From Flaccisagitta enflata (lineage: Eukaryota), in assembly GCA_965153355.1 (NCBI GenBank), contig OZ231126.1, positions 24,800,001-24,864,000 on the forward strand: DNA of 64,000 bases, written 5' to 3'. This document shows positions 57,533 to 64,000 of the stretch, piece by piece; position 1 is the first letter of the stretch; the number at the start of each line of letters is the position of its first letter. A program made the translations under genes and the position numbers. The notes under the pieces were generated by a model. The model saw only the letters and a list, made by a program, of their open reading frames with translations. It did no database searches and was not told the DNA's origin.

Positions 57533-58254
57533 CAACCCACGATTGAGGAATTTTTCAGCAATTCAATCATTTTTTTCCATAGCGTGGAAGATGCATTTCT
57601 TCCACGATCAGCCATCTTTTTAGTCGCGTGCACGCGACTCTACAACCCGCTTTGTCGGTCCGTCCGTCCGTCGGTCCGTCCGTCCGTCCGTCTGTCCGTC
57701 CGTCACACTTTACTTTTTTGTAATATAACGTCAACTCTTAGGCCATTTTAAGTCATTTAAAGTCATTTATAGTTATTCTAAGTCATTTTGAGTTATTTTA
57801 AGTCATTTTAAGTTATTTTAAGTCATTTTTGCTCATAAGGTTTTTTAGTCATTTTAAGTCAATTTTGGTCATTTTAGGTCATTCTAAGTCATTGAAAGTC
57901 ATTCTAAGTCATTCTAAGTCATTCTTTGTCTGTAAGTCTCGCACGCGACTTATAGGTGTTGGCCTTGTTTTTCTCTTGCCAATTTCAAGCAATGTATTAC
58001 AATAATAGAACTCCAACTTAACAGAAGTAATGCAGCGTTCATGTTTTTAGTCGCAGACACGCAACTGTACACCTTGCCGTGTCGGTCGGTCTGTCTGTTG
58101 GTCCGTCCGTTGGTCAAATTTCTGAATTACGAGCGGTTTTCGCATTACTGCTCCTGCCCAACCGTCTGCCACTGGATTGCCATGTATCCGGCCTTGTTAT
58201 TCCTAATTCTATCTTTTGGTCTTTCTGTTAGTCTGTCTTTCTCTGGTATATCGT

Positions 58255-60997
58255 CCCTGATTTTGGCCATGGTAATTAACAGTACTTTAACGCCGTTAAT
58301 TAACACTATATAGGTCCCATAAAATTAACTAAGAAAAATGTTTTTTTATTTTTGAGAAATTCAATGCAAATAAGTGCTAAAAGCTGTTGTTAATTATCAG
58401 GTACCTATATGCTGTTAATTAACATGCTATTTTTGATGTTAATTAACACCCCATTTTATGCGTTAATTAACACAAAAAAAAAAGATTATTAACAATTTGT
58501 TAAAAATATACAATTTTTTTGTGTTAATTAACAGGTGAAATGTGGTGTTAATTAACATCAAAAACAGTGTGTAAATTAACACAAAAAAATATAGATTATT
58601 AACAATTTGATCAGGTACCTATATGCTGTTAATCAATATGTTGTTTTTTATATTAATTAACACCAGATTTCATGTGTAATTAACACACAAAAAAATATAA
58701 ATTATTGAAATTGCTGTTAATTAACATGCTGTTTTTGATGTTAATTAACACTACATTCTACCCGTTAATTAACACAAAAAACTTAGATTATTAACAAATT
58801 AATAAAGATATACAATTTTTTAGTATTAATTAACGGGTGAAATGTGGTGTTAAATAACATCAAAAACAGCCTGTTAATTAACACAGAAAAAATATAGGTT
58901 AATCAACATGCTGTTTTTGATATTAATTAACACCAAATTTCATGCGTTAATTAACACCAAAAAAATATTGATGATTAACAAATTGTTAAAGATAAATACA
59001 ATTTTTTTGTATTAATTAACGGGTGAAATCTGGTGTTAACTAACAGCATAGTAGTACCTTATCAATTTGTTAATAATCTATAATTTTTTTGTGTTAATTA
59101 ACACACTGTTTTTGATGTTAATTAACACCACATTTCATGCGTTAATCAACACAAAAAGAATATGGATTAAAAACAAATTGTTGAAAATATACAATATTTT
59201 AGGGTTAATTTAAGAGTGAAATATGGTGTTAATTATCATCAAAAACAGTGTGTTAATTAACACAGAAAAAATATAGATTATTAATAAATTTATCAGGTAA
59301 CTCTATGCTGTTAATTAACACCATTTTTTACCCATTAATTGATACAAAAAAATTGTATATCTTTAACAATTTGTTAATCATCAATATTTTTTTGGTGTTA
59401 ATTAACGCATGAAATTTGGTGTTAATTAACATCAAAAACAGCATGTTGATTAACAGCATATAGGTACCTGATCAATTTGTTAATAATCTATATTTTTTCT
59501 GTGTTAATTAACAGGCTGTTTTTGATGTTAATTAACACCACATTTCACCCGTTAATTAACACCAAAAAATTGTATGTCTTTATTAATTTGTTAAAAATCT
59601 ATGTTTTTTTGTGTTAATTAACGGATGAAATGTGGTGTTAATTACCATCAAAAACAGCATGTTAATTAACAGCATAAAGGTACCTGATTACTTTTTTTAT
59701 AATCTATATTTTTTTGTGTGTTAATTAACGCATGAAATCTGGTGTTAATTAATATAAAAAACAGCATGTTGATTAACAGCATATACCCTGTGTTCAAAAG
59801 CAAGTGATACCAGCAAAACCTTTATTGCGCCTTAAGTATTCTTTTTGAGAATTTCGGATTGGTTCTGCCTGAAAGCACATTACCTACCATTTATTCATAC
59901 ATAATTTCATAGCAGCGGCTCTAGCGGTTGAGCTTCCACATAGTTATGAATGAAATTGTGGATAAACCATTAGAAGATTCCTAATATAACGATGGACTGA
60001 CTGATGTAGCTTAGAATCAATGGCATTCTTAAATGAATCATGCAAAAATAGCCAGATTGGTCCAGAAAGCAGGATATGAGTTTCAGTTTACATATTTCAA
60101 GCCATAAATACCAAATCGCGGAAATTCAGGTGCAAAATTTTTAATTTTTCTTTGATTTTTTGAAGTTTGAATAGGTTTTTCATCACATTGCTAGTCATAA
60201 GGTTTCTAGTTTTTTCCAAAATATTGACAAATCAAATCATATGAAAAAGAAGGGTCAAATACTAATCATTCACGACCAATCTGGTGATTTTAGCTCAATA
60301 CATGCAAAAATTACAAGGGTTCATTGATGTAAAACAGTTTAGCAATGCAGTTTTTGTGCAAAATTCCTGGAAACTTCATGAATTTTCAAAATTTTATGGA
60401 AGCTGAACTTTTAGACCCGGTGCTATGAAATTTTTCATGAATAAATGGTAGGTTATATGCTTTCAGATGAAACCAATCTGAATTTCTCAAAATGAATACT
60501 TTAAGCACAATAAAGGTTTTGCTGGTATCACTTGCTTTTGAACACAGGGTAGGTTCCTGATCAGATTGTTAATAATCTATATTTTTTTTTAGTTAATTAA
60601 CACACTGTTTTTGATGTTAATTAACAACACATTTCACCCGTTAATTAACACCAAAAAATTGTATATTCTTAATAATTTGTTAATAATCTATATTTTTTTT
60701 GTGTTAATTAACGCATAAAATGGGGTGTTAATTAACATCAAAAATAGCATGTTAATTATCAGCATATAGGTACCTGATAATTAACAACATTTTTTAGCAC
60801 TTATTTTCATTGAATTTCTAAAAAAAAAAAAAATTTTCTTAGTTAATTTCATGGTACCTATATACCGTTAATTAACAACTGTTTTTTAAGTGTTAATTAA
60901 CAGCATAAAAACTACCGTTAATTAATGGTACTTTTTTGCCTTTTATTAACAATTTTGTTAATTAGAGGCGTTAATGTGCCGTTAATTAACGCAGGGT
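58255..60997. mobile_element. Foldback-like element built from GTTAATTAAC-containing subrepeats
   Basis: Dozens of TTAATTAA-cored units in both orientations. 58290-58620 mirrors 60550-60880. Confidence 0.7.
59786..60549. mobile_element. MITE (TIR CCCTGTGTTCAAAAGCAAGTGATACCAGCAAAACC, TA TSD) nested in the foldback
   Basis: Long perfect TIR. The empty site agcataTAggtacctgatc is present elsewhere in the host repeat. Confidence 0.88.
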
Positions 60998-62899
60998 AAA
61001 TCGCTCACGATATATCTCGTCTTTCTGTCAGTGTTTATCAGTTTGTATGTGTGTCAGGGTCTTTCTGTCTGTGACTTTCTGTCAGTGTCTTTCTGCCAGT
61101 CTTTCTTTCTGTCATTTTTTTTAGTCAGTTTGTCTCCTTTTTTCTTTGGTTGTTCATCACACTGGCTCGTATAAAATCTCCGTCATTCACCTAGGCCGTG
61201 TATAAACGATCGATCGATTGACCTGCTCCAGCTGTTTAGACCTTAGTTTACCTTTGATAATCGAGATTTGTTGCCCACACGCTTCCATCGCTTCCCACAA
61301 TCCAATCTCGACGTCAGAGGCATTGCAAAAAAAAAAAAAAAGGCTTATTCCTAGCAACTTGAAAATGTCACAGATGATTCTTTTTCCCACCTCTCTTCCC
61401 TCGAAGCACATCATGTAATCTTTACCTTGTGTACAGATGTGATAAGTACAGTCAAGCCTCGCTATAGCGAACCCGCCAAAGAGGCACACCCGCCTATAAA
61501 GCATGACATTTTTAGTCACATAAGAAATTTCATAATTTTTGTCTATTTGCAAAACAACACTATAAAGCATAAATTTGCTCAGTCCCATGGTATGTGTTTA
61601 ATGTAGTAATTTAGTGTGCTGAGTATTTATTTGTATGTGATATTGCACACCACTATGCATACTTTTTATCAAATATCTAAATTATGCAAACTTATTCATT
61701 GAAAAAAAAAAACATTCAAACATCAAGGGAATTAGGAAGTAATGAATGCTGTGGTAAAAAAATCAACTAGCAAAAAAATGTTTCATGATAACGGTGCCCC
61801 GCGATAAAGGTCAAAATTAAGGGGTCCCCATGGGGCCGTTATCAAGGGGCAGGGCTGTATAAAAAAGGTGAGGGAGAAAAAAATATTGAAAGAAAACCCA
61901 TTTTTTAATCAAGATCAATTTTTCCCCATTTCCTTGGGTAGGAGTTGTCTTTGTCTGCTTGAAATTGCTTTGCATTTCAACAAAAACTTAAGGATTTATT
62001 TTTGGTGACAGATTTTAACTTATGTATTATCTATTTGCAGCATAATCTGAGAAAAAAACAACACCTTCCTAAAAAAACAATTTTTCTTAAAAAATAGATG
62101 TTCTTTCAATATTTTGTTTTCCCCTCACCTTTTCCATACTATGATCTGAGCTTTGACATGCAAAAACCGTCACATATTACCAATATTCACTGAAAATTTC
62201 AGGACTTTTTTCCTAGCGGTTTAGGAGCTATAAAGGTTTTGCATTTTACAGTCCGATCCGAAGACGGTGTAAAGAGCAGTACTACATTTATGTATAAGCT
62301 AACTGTTATGCCTTTTTACCGACCAAAAATGGTAAAAAACTACCAAAGAAGAGAAAGTATAAGGGACTTTTAACACATTTGCATCAATCAAGGCAGCAAC
62401 AAGGCCGGCAACAAGGCCAGCAACATGGCCAGCAACAAGGCCAGGTAGTCTTGGATGGCTCCACAGGGACAGTAATGCAAAACAAAAAAAAAAACACACA
62501 CACACACAAATCAACAGTGTTACAAACAGACGGACCAAGCAACTGTCTAACAGACAATGAGTCCTCTGTCTGTGAAAAAAGTGGTGATTTAGGTGGGGAA
62601 GGAGAGAGTTTCAGTATCTTGCCATCATTGGTGTATGAGGAGTATGAGAAGGTGCCTAGATGGATATGAACTCTATCAGGCCGCCATATTCATCGGGTGT
62701 TTTCTTGTAGTCTGTATATCTCTGTGGTCTGTGTTGACAGGAAATGGTTACCCTTTCTTTGCAGTGGGAGTATTTTCTGAAAAAGTTTGATGAGGCCAGA
62801 TTAAGAGCTGCAAAGGCTCTTGTCCTTTTAATGGATAATTTTGGTGGTAATGTTATCCAACTTTTATAACAATCACTTACAACATGGCATATTGTAGTA

Positions 62900-63120
62900 T
62901 GAATTACTTTATCAGCAATCATTGCAATAAGCATCCCAGCTGCACTTGATGCACATTCTGCCTCAACCAAAGTTGTTGTTGTTTTTGCTGAAAAAGGCCT
63001 TTAAAAGTAACTTATCTAAAGGTATTTTTGTGAAGTCTTGAGTCAAATAGATATTTCCAATTCAGCATGTGTCTTTGATTCTGGCTGTATCCCATCAGTT
63101 CAAGGTAATTGTCATGAACA
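62900..63120 (-). pseudogene. Possible decayed hAT transposase dimerisation-domain fragment
   Basis: TTLVEAECASSAAGML resembles the hAT motif PxTSVxxERxFSxAG; the surrounding frames are broken. Confidence 0.35.
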
Positions 63121-64000
63121 GCTTTTACATATTTATATGTATAGAATTAACATTTTCTGAAGATTTTTTAATCATCCAAATCAAAAAAGAGAAGAACAAA
63201 AGCTTTGTACATACTTGATATGGATATTCCTCAAAACTGGACAAAAAATGAAGAGAAATGTTAGAATTTTCACTGCTACTTACTGCTAGCAGCTCAAAAT
63301 CTTCTGCTAGCAGAGCAGTTTCAAATTACTGCTAGCAGCTCTGCTAGCAAATTGCCTGCTCGTGCGAACACTAATTCTGTAGTTAAAGTGATTTATAAAT
63401 GAGAGCAACTCTAGTAAAACAAACGAATGCATTCTTGAAAAAAAACTGACTGCAAAAGTCAAGAGTTGGAGACGTTACAGGGGGTGAATCCTGGAATATC
63501 TGAGCGAAAGTTCAAAATTTTAGCATGGAAAAGAATAGCATGATAAAATGCCCGTGGATGTCAAATTGGTGTCTCAGTAACCTCTACATTGGACTTTAGC
63601 AAAGCCGGTTCCATCAATTCCCGTTAACTTTGTTAAACAAATATTCATGAAATTATTTCAGCTGTACCGCGCTTTGTCATTTACACTTTTTCGATGCCTT
63701 TGATGAAAGAGATCTGCAGATTTCCCTATTCAGTGTTCGCTATAAAGCTCTTTTTATGGAAAAAGATCAGAGGGCATTCAAATATAGGAAGGGTTTTTCT
63801 TTAATCTAACATCGCTAAATGAAGTCAAATGATAATCATCACTGCAATTGTAGTGCTCATTGTCTTAAAGGTCTTCATTGTCAATATTATCATCACCAAT
63901 GACGTCCAATGAATTCTTTATACTGATTTTCTTTAATAATGTTGAATCTCCCTTGTCTGGATCGGCGTCGAGACGAACTGGATGTGTAGAAATTAAGAAT

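Larger units (their letters stand above)
57170..62269. mobile_element. TIR element (~100-bp TIR CACCGTCTTCGGATCGGACTGTA, TA TSD) containing nested insertions
   Basis: Matching inverted termini flanked by TA, 5.1 kb apart. No transposase ORF seen. Confidence 0.65.

Noticed and set aside
63480-64000. Coding-looking minus-strand sequence at the window end (also 23700-24090)
   Set aside because: Multiple stops and no recognisable motif; cannot be supported without a homology search.

Overview
AT-rich, repeat-dense eukaryotic (probably invertebrate) genomic DNA. The main feature is an apparently full-length, intact ~9.1-kb non-LTR retrotransposon on the minus strand (37080-46165), with an 8-bp TSD (TCAGGACT) and a (TCAAAA)n tail. 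It carries a gag-like ORF1 (3 CCHC knuckles), an APE-RT ORF2 and an unexpected third long ORF (ORF3, 527-648 aa, disordered, NLS-bearing) between ORF2 and the tail. Splice-site-like signals in the ORF2-ORF3 spacer are in frame with ORF3. There is one 3-exon host gene model (signal peptide + coiled coil + F5/8C/discoidin-like domain, 54408-56160) with an in-frame TGA at a probable Trp position. The rest consists of a 5'-truncated CR1/L2-group LINE, at least three families of DINE-1/Helentron-like non-autonomous elements, many TA-flanked MITEs, foldback elements, deep nested insertions, local inverted/tandem duplications (possibly assembly artefacts) and long microsatellites. Most short ORFs in the track are repeat artefacts.
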